Numbered from the stretch's first letter, positions 8,052-18,069 are shown. The stretch: 47,081 nucleotides of DNA from an uncultured Thermococci archaeon (GCA_964615185.1 CAZTOS010000008.1:1-47081), one strand, 5' to 3'. Translations and numbers: made by a program. The notes: generated by a model not told the origin, from the sequence alone.

Positions 8052-8521
8052 ATGTATGATCATCGTCGTGTGTATTGGGAATACGAGTTTAGGGGCATTA
8101 AACCAGCAATCCGAAAAGTTCGGAACTTTTTAAAGGTATTTGATATGAGTATTAAATTACTAAGGTCATCTGCAAAGTATCGCAAGATCCTGAGACTATT
8201 TCCATAAGAGAAAGACTGCACCCTGAGAAGTACAGGAAGGAATATTTGGTGGGAAAGTGGAGTTATGGTATTGTGAACTCTGAGGGATTTGTAAATGGAC
8301 TCGTAACTTTTGATCTGTGTTATCGCATTCCAGATACCCAATACTTTCTGAGAATGTGGTTGCAAATGCATGAGTTCGGTGAAGAAATTGAGTACGCATA
8401 CGGGAATCCTGAAAAACTAGCCACAGTTATCTCTCGGGAAATTCTAAGACTATTGATATATGCCGTTTTTAATGATCCAGAAGAAAGAGGCATTTATCTT
8501 AAGAAATTTGGACTAGAGTAA
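8052..8521 (+). pseudogene. Hypothetical protein, probably frameshifted between 8154 and 8204
   Basis: RBS-preceded ATG 8052 frame stops at 8205-8207. The frame of ORF 8246..8521 is open back to 8156, so one added base joins them into ~156 aa. Confidence 0.5.
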
Positions 8522-8861
8522 AAGGGTAAACTTCTCACTAAATGGATTGTAACAAGTTTTGTTTCCTCAAAACAGCATATTTAGAGGGATTATGGAGGCG
8601 TTAGCTGATTGCTTGATAAAGAGTGCACACTCAAATCAGCCTTTCTAAGTGGGATTCTCTTAGAAACAGCTTTCAGATTTTTGAGTCTGCTTTTCTTTTG
8701 ATGCCCGTAGGACATCATACTTTGAGAGACTCCTTGAGAATTGACCAACATAAGAGAGAATCCACCATAAACTTCATCTTTAAAAGGTGCACTCTCAAAG
8801 AGTCAACATTTAAAAGCAGTTAGAAACTTTCCGCCAGCGCTTGCGAAAGCAAGGGCTGTTA

Positions 8862-8939
8862 TGGGGCCGGGGCCGGGATTTGAACCCGGGCTAGGGGATC
8901 CACAGTCCCCTGTGCTAACCAGGCTACACCACCCCGGCC
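8862..8939 (-). tRNA. tRNA-His(GTG), with encoded G-1 and CCA
   Basis: Reverse complement GGCCGGGGTGGTGTAGCCTGGTTAGCACAGGGGACTGTGGATCCCCTAGCCCGGGTTCAAATCCCGGCCCCGGCCCCA; upstream TTTATAAA at ~8967-8974. Confidence 0.98.
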
Positions 8940-9080
8940 ACTTCCAACTTAGCTTTTTGGGATATCTTTATAAAGTTTTCGCCAAAATACATCAAAGAAC
9001 GAACCTCAGGGCATTTAATCCAGTTTAACTCAGAATTTATGGAGTTTTAAATTAGCTGAGCTGTAAGGGGTGAAATTGGA

Positions 9081-9719
9081 ATGAAAGCCAAGAGGGAAGC
9101 ACTCCAAAGCCTGTTCACAGCAATAAGGGAGAAAAAAGTTGATGAGGACATTATTGATTTACTCATGCTCATCAATTCAATCAAAGGTGTTTACACTACA
9201 AGTTCATGCTCCGGCAGAATTGGAATCATAGAGGAGCCTGATTTAGGAGCCAAACCACTAAGCAGGTGGCTCATAAAGGAGCACAGACCAATAACATTTG
9301 AAGAGGCAAAAGATAGTCTAAAGAAAGCTCAAAGGGGATTCATCTTCCTAAAATCCCAGCCACCAATTTTCCATATAGTTGCGGAGACCTTTGAGATAGG
9401 TAAAAAGCTCCATGAACTTGGCTTAGCCTCTGGCTTCAAGTATACAACATTCAAAGCTGTGAAAGAGAGGATTCTCGTTGAGATAAACGGGACTGAGTAT
9501 CTAACAGCACCTTTAGGAAAAGACGGCAAAGTTCTGGTTGATGATGAATACCTCAAGTTTGCGGTTGAGTTGGGCAATTCAATGCTCATCAGGGCAAAAT
9601 CTCGCCTCCCAAGGCTTAAAGAGAACTTTGAAAAGCTGAAAGAAGAGCTTGGTGAGGACGAGTTGTTTTATGAGGTTAAAAGGAAGTTTTTGAGAAATAT
9701 GGCAGAATTGGAGCTATAA
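9081..9719 (+). CDS. taw3: tRNA wybutosine-pathway methyltransferase (TYW3/Taw3 family)
   Basis: VDEDI..L...INS...YTTSSCSGRI, ASGFKYT. Confidence 0.93.
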   Translation: MKAKREALQSLFTAIREKKVDEDIIDLLMLINSIKGVYTTSSCSGRIGIIEEPDLGAKPLSRWLIKEHRPITFEEAKDSLKKAQRGFIFLKSQPPIFHIVAETFEIGKKLHELGLASGFKYTTFKAVKERILVEINGTEYLTAPLGKDGKVLVDDEYLKFAVELGNSMLIRAKSRLPRLKENFEKLKEELGEDELFYEVKRKFLRNMAELEL

Positions 9720-9854
9720 TGGGCTGTTCCATAGATAACAACAAGCGGAACATTTGCTGGCTTTTGTTTTTCGTAATTTTTAAATAGCTTCAGGTTGGAA
9801 TTCAATAAGGTGTGGCAGTCTCTGATATGTGGGGTTTTTAAGCCCGAATGGGGA

Positions 9855-9975
9855 CTGAAGAACGGAAGATGTGGGGAGTTTCCGTTCCCCCCGAAAGCCA
9901 CCCAATGAAGACGGGAGGGTGGAAGGTTATCCGTAACGATGGTTACACCCTTTACGGAAGTTACGGATAACCAGA
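9855..9975 (+). ncRNA. GC-rich structured intergenic RNA, possibly the Thermococcales SscA-type sRNA (family identity recalled, unverified)
   Basis: TTTTAA at 9836-9841 upstream; AACGGAA/TTCCGTT, GGGGA/TCCCC and CCACCC/GGGTGG stems; 13-bp inverted repeat 9925-9937/9960-9972. Confidence 0.5.
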
Positions 9976-10133
9976 ACGGTTATATAGAATTAAGTATTGA
10001 ACTGGGATGAGGGGGCGGTAGCCCCCAGTAGGTTAAGAGAAAAGGAAGGGCGTGGGAAACGTAGTTTCCCCAGTAGTTAAGAAGGGTTGGGGAGAAGTCA
10101 GAGAGAAGGAAGGGAATTCTTTCCCCTCCGTCC

Positions 10134-11327
10134 TCACTCCTCTCTAAATGCACCATACTTCTTCGGGTCGTAGAATGGTGGTGAAATAGTTACTGCTTTC
10201 TTCTTCTGTCCTCTGATCTCTATCTCAATTTCAACTTCAGGCTGTGCAAACTCGGGTTTAACAAATGCAATTCCAATTCCCACTCCTAAGAGCGGTGATA
10301 TTGTACCGCTTGTGACTTCTCCGATCTCTTTTCCGTCTTTGTAAACTTTATAGCCGGCTCTTGGAATGCCCCTGTCAACCATCTTGAAGTGCACCATCTT
10401 GCTTGGCAGTCCTCTCTCTTTCTGCTTGAGTAGAGCCTCCTTTCCTATGAACTCCTTGTCCCAGAAGATTGCAAATTCAAGATTAGCTTGGAGTGGAGTG
10501 ACTTCATCAATGTCCGTGCTCAAAAGCTGCAATTCCTTTGTCTCGTTTCCATAGAGTGTATAGCCAGCCTCTAATCTGAGTGTATCTCTTGCTCCGAGTC
10601 CACAGGGTTTTATGCCGTATTTAGCCCCAACTTCAAGAATCTTCTCCCAAACGTAGAGAGCCTTCTCTGGCTTTTCTCTCTTCTCTGGATCGGGATGATA
10701 CGGATTGGCATCCTCAAAGTAAACCTCAAATCCGTTCTCTCCGGTGTAGCCGCTCCTTGAGAGAATCATCTTTATTCCATCAAGCTCAACCTCTTTAGCT
10801 TGGAACCACCAGAGCTGGCTTATGTCAATTCCAAAGAGCTCCATGGCTATGTCCTTTGCTTTGGGTCCCTGAATTGAGAACATTGTCATGTCGTAGGTTT
10901 TGTTCTCTATCTCCAAATCTAACTCGGTGTATTGCTCAATTGCCCTCTTAATGCTCATAAACCACGCATAGAGTTTTTCAAAGGCATCGCTGTCACAGAC
11001 CATCATGTATGTATCGTTGCCCATGTTAAAGACCAGAGTCTCATCTTTGACTGCACCTCTCTCGTTTAGAACTAGGGAGTATGTTCCACTTATAGCGGGG
11101 GGCTTTGCTATATCGTTTGTTGTAACGTACTGGAGAAACTTTAGGGCATCTTTACCGCGGAAGAATATCTCTCCCATGTGGGAGACATCAAAAATCCCAA
11201 CGCCATTTCTAACAGCCAAGTGCTCTTCTTTTATGCTTGAATACCAGATTGGCATTTCCCAGCCAGCAAATTCCTCAACCTTCTTTGCATGTGTCTTATG
11301 CCAGTCAAAAAGGGGAACCCTCTTCAT
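10134..11327 (-). CDS. gcvT: Glycine cleavage system aminomethyltransferase T
   Basis: [45 protein letters not shown]. Start taken at MKRVP. Confidence 0.97.
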   Translation of the reverse strand: MKRVPLFDWHKTHAKKVEEFAGWEMPIWYSSIKEEHLAVRNGVGIFDVSHMGEIFFRGKDALKFLQYVTTNDIAKPPAISGTYSLVLNERGAVKDETLVFNMGNDTYMMVCDSDAFEKLYAWFMSIKRAIEQYTELDLEIENKTYDMTMFSIQGPKAKDIAMELFGIDISQLWWFQAKEVELDGIKMILSRSGYTGENGFEVYFEDANPYHPDPEKREKPEKALYVWEKILEVGAKYGIKPCGLGARDTLRLEAGYTLYGNETKELQLLSTDIDEVTPLQANLEFAIFWDKEFIGKEALLKQKERGLPSKMVHFKMVDRGIPRAGYKVYKDGKEIGEVTSGTISPLLGVGIGIAFVKPEFAQPEVEIEIEIRGQKKKAVTISPPFYDPKKYGAFREE

Positions 11328-11396
11328 AATACCACCCAAATTAAATTGTTTCGATAATAATATAATCCTTTTCATTGTGCCGAAATTTTTAAAAAC

Positions 11397-11412
11397 TATA
11401 ATCATGATTATA
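11397..11412. promoter_or_regulatory. Perfect 16-bp palindrome TATAATCATGATTATA between the TATA box and the start of the archaeal ATPase gene (candidate operator)
   Basis: Direct reading; CGAAA-TTTTTAAA BRE/TATA at ~11381-11393. Confidence 0.55.
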
Positions 11413-11417
11413 TAATT

Positions 11418-12788
11418 ATGATTAGAAAATTTGTGAACAGGAAAGAGGAGCTGAACTTGCTCGAAAACCTTTGGAAAAAAGAGGGCTTGGTGTTTGTTTT
11501 AGTTTACGGTAGAAGAAGGGTGGGGAAGACAAGGCTTTTGGAGGAGTTCTCAAAGGATAAAGAAAGGATTTTTGTAATATTTGAGGATAAACCGAGGGAA
11601 TACAACTTTGATTTATTATCTGAAAAAATTTCGGAAATTTTGGGTACGAACATTAAAATTAGGGACTTTCCATCTCTGTTAAGCCTACTAAAAACCCTAA
11701 AAAGGAAAAGGTTCCTCCTAATACTCGATGAGTTTTCTTATTTGATTCGCAGAGAAGAAGGGATTTTAAGTGAACTATCGCGAGCTATTGAAGAGAACAA
11801 AGAATTAAATGCACTTATTGTAGTTTCTGGGTCTTATGTATCCCTTATGGAGAAGGAGTTTTTTAGCTACTCGAGTCCTATTTATGGCCGCACAGATGCG
11901 AATATTAAGGTGGCACCTTTAAAGTTCAAACATCTCTTTGAGTGGTTCGAGGGTTTAAAAACTGAAGATCTTTTTAAAATCTATGCAGTGACTAACGGAA
12001 CTCCCAAGTACTTGGAATTCTTCAGCGGCAAGAATATTGAAAGGGAAATTGTCAATAACTTCTTCAACTCGTCTTCATTTCTATTTAGAGAGGCAAGAGC
12101 TTTGCTCAATGAAGAGCTTAGGGAATTATCAATTTATCTTGCTATCCTGGAGGCAATAGCAAAAGGGAACACAAAGGTCACGCAGATAGCGAACTTCTGT
12201 TATCTCAAAGAAAACCAAGTGGTGCCATATCTGAGAGTTTTGAGTGAGTTGGGAATCGTTAGGCGAATAGTTCCTATCTTTGGAAAAAGGGGAATTTATG
12301 AGATAGCCGACAACTATTTTTTGTTCTGGTCTCGGTTTGTTAATCCATACTATGAGGAAATTGAGAGTGGTTTTATTAATGCAGCACTGGAAGATTTTAG
12401 GACAAACTTCAATCAGTTTTTAGGGAAGCCCTTTGAGAGATTAGCTCAGGAACTTTTAATTGAGCTAAGCAAAAAGAATTTACTTCCATTCAATCTTACA
12501 AAGATTGGGAAGTGGTGGCATAAGAGCGAGGAGATTGATTTGGTGGCTTTGAATGAGAGGGAGAGAAAAGCCCTGTTTGTTGAGGTTAAGTGGAAAGATT
12601 TAACGCTGAGAGAGACAAAGCGTATTCTAAAGGATTTGGAAAAGAAAGCTGAGCTTGTAGGTCTGAAAGATTATGAAAGATACTTTGGAATAGTTGCCAA
12701 AAGAATAGATAAAAGAGGTAAGATGGGGGAGCATATTTTAACACTTGATTTGGGAGATTTTTGGAGAATAAGGAGGGAACAAGGATAA
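11418..12788 (+). CDS. Archaeal AAA-type ATPase (ATPase_2, winged HTH, DUF234 PD-(D/E)xK-like C-terminus)
   Basis: [25 protein letters not shown]...EEIDLVA...FVEVKW. Confidence 0.93.
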   Translation: MIRKFVNRKEELNLLENLWKKEGLVFVLVYGRRRVGKTRLLEEFSKDKERIFVIFEDKPREYNFDLLSEKISEILGTNIKIRDFPSLLSLLKTLKRKRFLLILDEFSYLIRREEGILSELSRAIEENKELNALIVVSGSYVSLMEKEFFSYSSPIYGRTDANIKVAPLKFKHLFEWFEGLKTEDLFKIYAVTNGTPKYLEFFSGKNIEREIVNNFFNSSSFLFREARALLNEELRELSIYLAILEAIAKGNTKVTQIANFCYLKENQVVPYLRVLSELGIVRRIVPIFGKRGIYEIADNYFLFWSRFVNPYYEEIESGFINAALEDFRTNFNQFLGKPFERLAQELLIELSKKNLLPFNLTKIGKWWHKSEEIDLVALNERERKALFVEVKWKDLTLRETKRILKDLEKKAELVGLKDYERYFGIVAKRIDKRGKMGEHILTLDLGDFWRIRREQG

Positions 12789-12793
12789 CAGGC

Positions 12794-14017
12794 TCATTCT
12801 ATATACCTCAAAGCCTCAACCGGACTCAGGTCAGATGCCTTCTTTGCCGGATATAGGCTTGAAATTATTCCGATTAAGAGGGTTATTATAAATGCCATTG
12901 CAACAACGTTCATATCCACCACGGGATCAGGTAACATCTGACCTCTCCGTCTGAGTATGAACACCACCATTTTTGCAACCCCGATTCCAAAGAAAAAGCC
13001 CAAAATTCCTCCGATGCTTGTCAATATTATCCCCTCAATGAAGATCATCTTTAAAATAAAGCTCTTCTTTGCCCCAATCGCCCTATAAGTCCCAATCTCC
13101 CTCGTTCTCTCCATTACTGAAGTTAAAAGCGTGTTCATAACTCCAAGAGCTCCCACAAAGAGAGCAATGCTGCCAATTCCAATTAAAAGGTTGTGCATCA
13201 TTTGTTGGATAATAATGACCGTCTGAATACTTTGCCTTGCTGTGATGACCGTAACCCCTGGAATCTCTTTCTCAATTTCCTTCTTAACTTCATCAATGAA
13301 TGCAACATCATCAACCCATACATCCACTATGCTTATCTTTCCTTCCTCGTGGAACATTTCTTGAAGCGTATCCAGCGGGACAACTACCATCATGTCCAGA
13401 AAACCTGCCAAGAAGGACTGTCCGCTTTCCTCAAGATTACCAGTGACTTTGAATTCATGGGGACTTCCCCGGTCATCGTAGATTATTATCCTCTGTCCTG
13501 GTGTGATGTCCCAGTTTATATGTTCTCCCTCAAAAGCTCCAAATTTCCCATGAGCTAATAGATAACCGAGAATGGCCTTGTATCTGTCGTTCTTCCTCAA
13601 GAATACACCTCTCTCTAAGTGAAGCCCTCTTAATGCGAAGAACTTCTGGGCTTTTTTTGGGTCAACACCCATTATTGTCAGCTCCAGAATCCAGCCATCG
13701 TACTTAACTGTTGTGAACTTTATCAAAGCTGGATTCACAGCTTCAACATGCTCAATTTTCTCTATCTTCCTTACTACGTCTTCACTCATCGTGCTCGTTG
13801 CTGCCCTGACTATGGAAGCGCTAACTCCGGGCATTATCATGAGAACATTGCTTGCGCTTTCAAGCTCTTGCTCTATTGCTATTCTGGAACCTTGGGTTAT
13901 AGAGACTAAAGCAGTAACTGAGCCAACGGCTATTATAATCCCCATCATTGTGAAAAGTGTCCTGAGCTTCCTCCTTGTCAGGTTTCTGACTGCAATTTTA
14001 ATTAGCTCACTCCACAC
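12794..14017 (-). CDS. ABC transporter permease, MacB/FtsX family
   Basis: RRKLRTLFTMMGIIIAV, SVMERTREIG..RAIGA, YPAKKASDLSPVEALR. Confidence 0.95.
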   Translation of the reverse strand: MWSELIKIAVRNLTRRKLRTLFTMMGIIIAVGSVTALVSITQGSRIAIEQELESASNVLMIMPGVSASIVRAATSTMSEDVVRKIEKIEHVEAVNPALIKFTTVKYDGWILELTIMGVDPKKAQKFFALRGLHLERGVFLRKNDRYKAILGYLLAHGKFGAFEGEHINWDITPGQRIIIYDDRGSPHEFKVTGNLEESGQSFLAGFLDMMVVVPLDTLQEMFHEEGKISIVDVWVDDVAFIDEVKKEIEKEIPGVTVITARQSIQTVIIIQQMMHNLLIGIGSIALFVGALGVMNTLLTSVMERTREIGTYRAIGAKKSFILKMIFIEGIILTSIGGILGFFFGIGVAKMVVFILRRRGQMLPDPVVDMNVVAMAFIITLLIGIISSLYPAKKASDLSPVEALRYIE

Positions 14018-15845
14018 TTTTTCTCCTCCACAAGAGAATTATTATAAACAGCAGAAGAATTCCTCCGCCAATGTAGTACTCATAAGGCTTTCTCTCTGAA
14101 TAGCTCAGGGTTTCGGGAATTCTGATGACCAAATCTTTCTCAAAGGTTTTTTCCTGACCTTTTTCATCTTTATAGTACACTTTGGCATGGATAACGTATT
14201 CTCCCTTTGGAATTGTCCTGTTTAGAATCTGGAAGTTCACGCTGTCATAATCCAATCCTGCAATACTCCCCACATATCTTTGCCCGATTGGGAACAGCTC
14301 AAGCTGCTCTGAAGTAACATCGAGGGTTACTCCCCTTGCGACATCCTTGCCCTCATTGACAATATAAACTTCAAAATTGTACTTCCCTCCGCTCTCCCAG
14401 ATGTTTCCTATATAAAGGTCGAGAAGGGGATAGGCACTCACCTCAACTCCAAACATGCTCTCCTCTTTGTAAACCACACCGTTTTCGTCTTCATAGGTAA
14501 TTGTGACATAGAGCGGGTAAATTCCTCTTTGGACTTGCTTTATCTTAAAGTACAGCTCCCCTTCAGCTGTTGTATTAACTTCAGAGAAGTAAAGAAGACT
14601 CTGTTTGCGTATTGGGAATATGTCAACTTCCTGCTGCACCGTTCCCTCACCTGAAGGGAAGTATGGATAGGTTGTCTGCTTTTCCTCTTCTGGCTTTTCA
14701 CTTGTAACTTTAACTTTAACATGTTTGGCAATTGAATTTCCAATATTCCTGAGCTTTATTCTAACTGTGAAGTTTGAATCAGGCTGAACGATGGGCGGGA
14801 TTATCTTAAATTCCTCAATAATTACTTTTGGTCTTATTTTATCCTCAACTGGAATTCCCACCTGAACTTCCTTGCTTTTCTTTGCACCATCTTCGTCCTG
14901 ATATTCAATCTTAATGTAGAGCGGATAAACATCCTCTTTGAGGTTCTTTGAAGAAATTAATGTAAAGACAATGGTCTTCTCATCTCCTGGAGCCAAAACT
15001 TCAAGGTATTTAATTGGACTCTCCCTATAAGCAGCGAATGGTAGGGAGGATTCAAATTGTGGAATTGTGATTGTTGGAAGAAGGGTTTGGACTTGTTCTT
15101 CTTGGATCTGCTCTCTGGAATACAGATAGACGCTTATGAAGCGGGCGTTTTTGTTTCCTACGTTTCTCAGCGTTATAGTCAGCTTAAAGGGCGAGCCTAT
15201 CTCAACCTCTCCGAAATCAACTTTTTCAATAGCTATTTCCGCTCCCCTGATAATCGCATACTGAGCATATTTTGGTGCTTTAATCTTTAGCCTCACTGTC
15301 TTGTTTGTTATGTTCTCCACGTAGATGGAAAGCTCATTCCAGTAGTAATAACCTGTTCCGAAATAACGGTAGTCAACTTTTCCCTTCTTCTCATACCTTG
15401 CCAAAAAGGTTTCATTTTTTATCTCGAGGATTATGAATTTTATAGGCCCGTATCTAAAGATTGACCTCTCGTAGGCATCTCCATAAAACACATCAACAGC
15501 TTTTGAGTAAATCCTGATCAATGCTCTGGGATTGTCTTCAAGGGTTATAACAACAAGCTTAATCTTCACGTCTTTGTACTGATACTCTTCTCCTTCTTTA
15601 AGAGAGAACGTGGTTTCCTCAAATACAGTGTTATCTCTAAGCTTAAACAAAACACTGCTGGCAACTCCAGTTTTGGGACTAGAGAGTACATCTAAAACTG
15701 TTAAAGTGTAGTTTCCAAAAGTTAGCACATCCCCAATTCCTAAATAGCCAGAAAATGTCAGCAGATATTCGTCCTCTTTAGGCTGGGCTTTGCTCATGCT
15801 TGGAGTGATTAGCATAAGGATTAGCAGTATGGCAAGCTTTTTCAT
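14007..15845 (-). CDS. COG1361-type S-layer-like membrane-anchored protein
   Basis: Signal peptide, repeated L.N.G...A..V / YPL.I.I.Y.DE.G Ig-like units, C-terminal TM with RRK; sits in the ABC operon. Confidence 0.85.
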   Translation of the reverse strand: MKKLAILLILMLITPSMSKAQPKEDEYLLTFSGYLGIGDVLTFGNYTLTVLDVLSSPKTGVASSVLFKLRDNTVFEETTFSLKEGEEYQYKDVKIKLVVITLEDNPRALIRIYSKAVDVFYGDAYERSIFRYGPIKFIILEIKNETFLARYEKKGKVDYRYFGTGYYYWNELSIYVENITNKTVRLKIKAPKYAQYAIIRGAEIAIEKVDFGEVEIGSPFKLTITLRNVGNKNARFISVYLYSREQIQEEQVQTLLPTITIPQFESSLPFAAYRESPIKYLEVLAPGDEKTIVFTLISSKNLKEDVYPLYIKIEYQDEDGAKKSKEVQVGIPVEDKIRPKVIIEEFKIIPPIVQPDSNFTVRIKLRNIGNSIAKHVKVKVTSEKPEEEKQTTYPYFPSGEGTVQQEVDIFPIRKQSLLYFSEVNTTAEGELYFKIKQVQRGIYPLYVTITYEDENGVVYKEESMFGVEVSAYPLLDLYIGNIWESGGKYNFEVYIVNEGKDVARGVTLDVTSEQLELFPIGQRYVGSIAGLDYDSVNFQILNRTIPKGEYVIHAKVYYKDEKGQEKTFEKDLVIRIPETLSYSERKPYEYYIGGGILLLFIIILLWRRKSVE

Positions 15846-16537
15846 AACTTTTTCACCTCGCTAATCTTCCCGTCTCTTATTTGAAGAATTCTTTCTGCTT
15901 CTTTTGCAACCTCAACATCGTGAGTCACTATCACGAAGGTTGTTCCTCTTTCTTGATTTATCCTCTTCATTAAGGCTATTATCTCTTTCGATGTCTGGGT
16001 GTCAAGATTTCCAGTTGGTTCATCTGCCAAGACTATGCTTGGGTTATTGGCTAAAGCTCTTGCAATGGCAACTCTCTGTTGCTGTCCTCCGCTCATTTCA
16101 TTTGGTTTGTGATGCATGAACTTTTCCAATCCAACGGATTTGAGGAGCTCTTTTGCCCTTCTGATCCTCCTTTTCTTCGGCATTCCAGCCAAAAGCATCG
16201 GTAGCTCAACGTTTTCTAATGCCGTTAAAATGGGAACCAAGTTGTAATATTGAAAAACAAAGCCAATTTTCCTCAATCTGATTTCAGAAAGCTGATTATC
16301 GTTAAGATTGCTGACATTAATTCCATCAATATACACCTTTCCGCCTGTGGGTCTGTCCAACAAACCGAGCATGTTGAGAAGTGTAGTTTTTCCGCTTCCA
16401 CTTGGCCCTATTATTGCAACAAACTCTCCTTCATAGATCTTCAGACTAACCCCCCTGAGAGCTGGAACCACTATCTTTCTCCCAATGTAATAATTCTTAA
16501 CAAGATTGACGGTCTCTAAGACAACTCTCCGCTCCAT
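15842..16537 (-). CDS. ABC transporter ATP-binding protein (LolD/MacB-type)
   Basis: GPSGSGKT, MSGGQQQRVAIARAL, LADEPTGNLD, VTHD. Confidence 0.97.
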   Translation of the reverse strand: MERRVVLETVNLVKNYYIGRKIVVPALRGVSLKIYEGEFVAIIGPSGSGKTTLLNMLGLLDRPTGGKVYIDGINVSNLNDNQLSEIRLRKIGFVFQYYNLVPILTALENVELPMLLAGMPKKRRIRRAKELLKSVGLEKFMHHKPNEMSGGQQQRVAIARALANNPSIVLADEPTGNLDTQTSKEIIALMKRINQERGTTFVIVTHDVEVAKEAERILQIRDGKISEVKKL

Positions 16538-16622
16538 TACAAAGGATACTACGGGTGAGTGTTTATATCCCCTTCGGCAACACCTAAATACTTCAACTGC
16601 ATAAATATTATTGGTGAAGTTG

Positions 16623-17465
16623 ATGTTTGAGAAGATACTTTTCCCAACGGATTTTTCTGAAGTGTCCTTGCATGCTTTAAAAAATTGTGTCCCAAAGTTC
16701 TTTGAGCTTGGAGCTAAAAAGCTCTACCTCGTACACATAGTTGATATTACTGCAACCGATATTGAAGCCCTTGAGCTTATGAAAATTGATGAGGAACAGC
16801 TGAACAATCTGGCGGATGAGCTTAGAGAGCTGGGGATAGAGGTTGAACCAATTGTGAAGCTTGGAATTCCTTCATTGGAAATAGCCGAAATTGCCAAGGA
16901 AAAGGATGTTGATCTCATTATAAGCCCTTCAAAAGGGGAAAACATCCTGCGCCAGATGTTTTTAGGGAGCACAGCTTCAAACCTTGTAAGGGCAACTAAA
17001 AAGCCTGTTCTTCTAATTAGATACGAATGGGATGAAGAAGAGAAGAGAATAAAGTGCCTACATGACTGCGAAAAAATTTTTGACAAACCGCTGGTAGCTT
17101 TGGATTTCTCATCATGCTCAATACGGATAATGGAGGCCGTTAGGAAGTTTGAGGGGCTTGTTAAGGAAGGAATCCTTCTTCACGTTGTTGATTATGGCAA
17201 AGCTGAGGAGCTTGAGGAAAATATAGCAAAGGCCAAGCAGAACCTTGAGAGATATGCAAAGATCGTGAAGTTTCCAGTCGAAAGGGAGGTATCGGCTGGT
17301 GTTGCATCTCGGGGGATAATAGGCCTTTCAATAGCAAAAGGTGCAACGCTTATTGTAATGGGCAAGAAGGGAAGAAGCATCATTAAAGATTTACTCCTCG
17401 GAAGCACGGCAGAAAGGGTCATGAGGGATTCAAAGCTGACTGTGCTTTTGGTGCCGTGTGAATAG
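16623..17465 (+). CDS. Universal stress protein (two Usp domains)
   Basis: KILFPTDFSE, FLGSTASNLVR, PLVALDFS, LLGSTAERVMR. Confidence 0.95.
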   Translation: MFEKILFPTDFSEVSLHALKNCVPKFFELGAKKLYLVHIVDITATDIEALELMKIDEEQLNNLADELRELGIEVEPIVKLGIPSLEIAEIAKEKDVDLIISPSKGENILRQMFLGSTASNLVRATKKPVLLIRYEWDEEEKRIKCLHDCEKIFDKPLVALDFSSCSIRIMEAVRKFEGLVKEGILLHVVDYGKAEELEENIAKAKQNLERYAKIVKFPVEREVSAGVASRGIIGLSIAKGATLIVMGKKGRSIIKDLLLGSTAERVMRDSKLTVLLVPCE

Positions 17466-17522
17466 CCTCAGACTGGAACGGCTTCGTCATCAATCGGCAG
17501 CTACCCTGTTGCCATCATCGGC
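17465..17522 (-). ncRNA. Box C/D methylation-guide sRNA
   Basis: Minus strand: GCCG-ATGATGG(C)-CAACAGGGTAG-CTGC(D')-CGA-TTGATGA(C')-CGAAGCCGTTCCAGT-CTGA(D)-GGC, with a GCC/GGC terminal stem; 58 nt. Confidence 0.85.
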
Positions 17523-17547
17523 TGTAATGATTAATATTGTTTAGCTT

Positions 17548-18069
17548 TTAACTCTTTTTGTAAATCGAATTTCCATATGCGTCAATAGCAACCAAAAGCG
17601 GGAATCTTTCAACCTCCAACACCCAAACTGCCTCGGGAATGCCAAGTTCATCGAGCCAGTAAACATCTCTCACTTTTTTAATACTCTTAGCTGCTAAAGA
17701 CCCAGCTCCGCCTGTGAAGGCAAAGTAAACGGCTTTGTGTCTTTTAAAGGGTTCATGATCCATTCCTCCCTTTCCAATGATCCCTTTAACTCCTAAAGAC
17801 AGAATTTCATCAAGATAACGATTCATTCTTGCACTTGTTGTTGGGCCTGCTGAGACTATTTCAAACCTTTCGTCTTTTCGTACAACAGGTCCGCAGTGAT
17901 AAATAACGGTGCCTTCTAAGTTAAAGGGCAGTTCATCTTGTTTGGCAAGCTCAAGGAGCTTTCTGTGGGCTAAATCCCTTGCCGTGTATATGATTCCAGA
18001 AAGATGAACGATATCGCCAGTTTTAAGTTTTAGGACATCTTTCTCGCTCAAGGGGACTTTTAGCTCCAT
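17548..18069 (-). CDS. Class I fumarate hydratase / L-tartrate dehydratase beta subunit
   Basis: LSGIIYTARDLAH, IYHCGP, AGPTTSARM, IGKGGM, LGIPEAVW. Confidence 0.95.
   Translation of the reverse strand: MELKVPLSEKDVLKLKTGDIVHLSGIIYTARDLAHRKLLELAKQDELPFNLEGTVIYHCGPVVRKDERFEIVSAGPTTSARMNRYLDEILSLGVKGIIGKGGMDHEPFKRHKAVYFAFTGGAGSLAAKSIKKVRDVYWLDELGIPEAVWVLEVERFPLLVAIDAYGNSIYKKS

Noticed and set aside
8623..8823. 66-aa ORF near tRNA-His
   Set aside because: No clear RBS, no recognisable motif, atypical composition.
9850..9935. Hammerhead ribozyme (CTGAAGA at 9855-9861, GAAA at 9893-9896, TA site near 9929)
   Set aside because: Stem II does not connect directly to both core strands, stem I is only 3 bp, and the likely transcription start falls at or after CTGAAGA. 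An in vitro cleavage assay would settle it.
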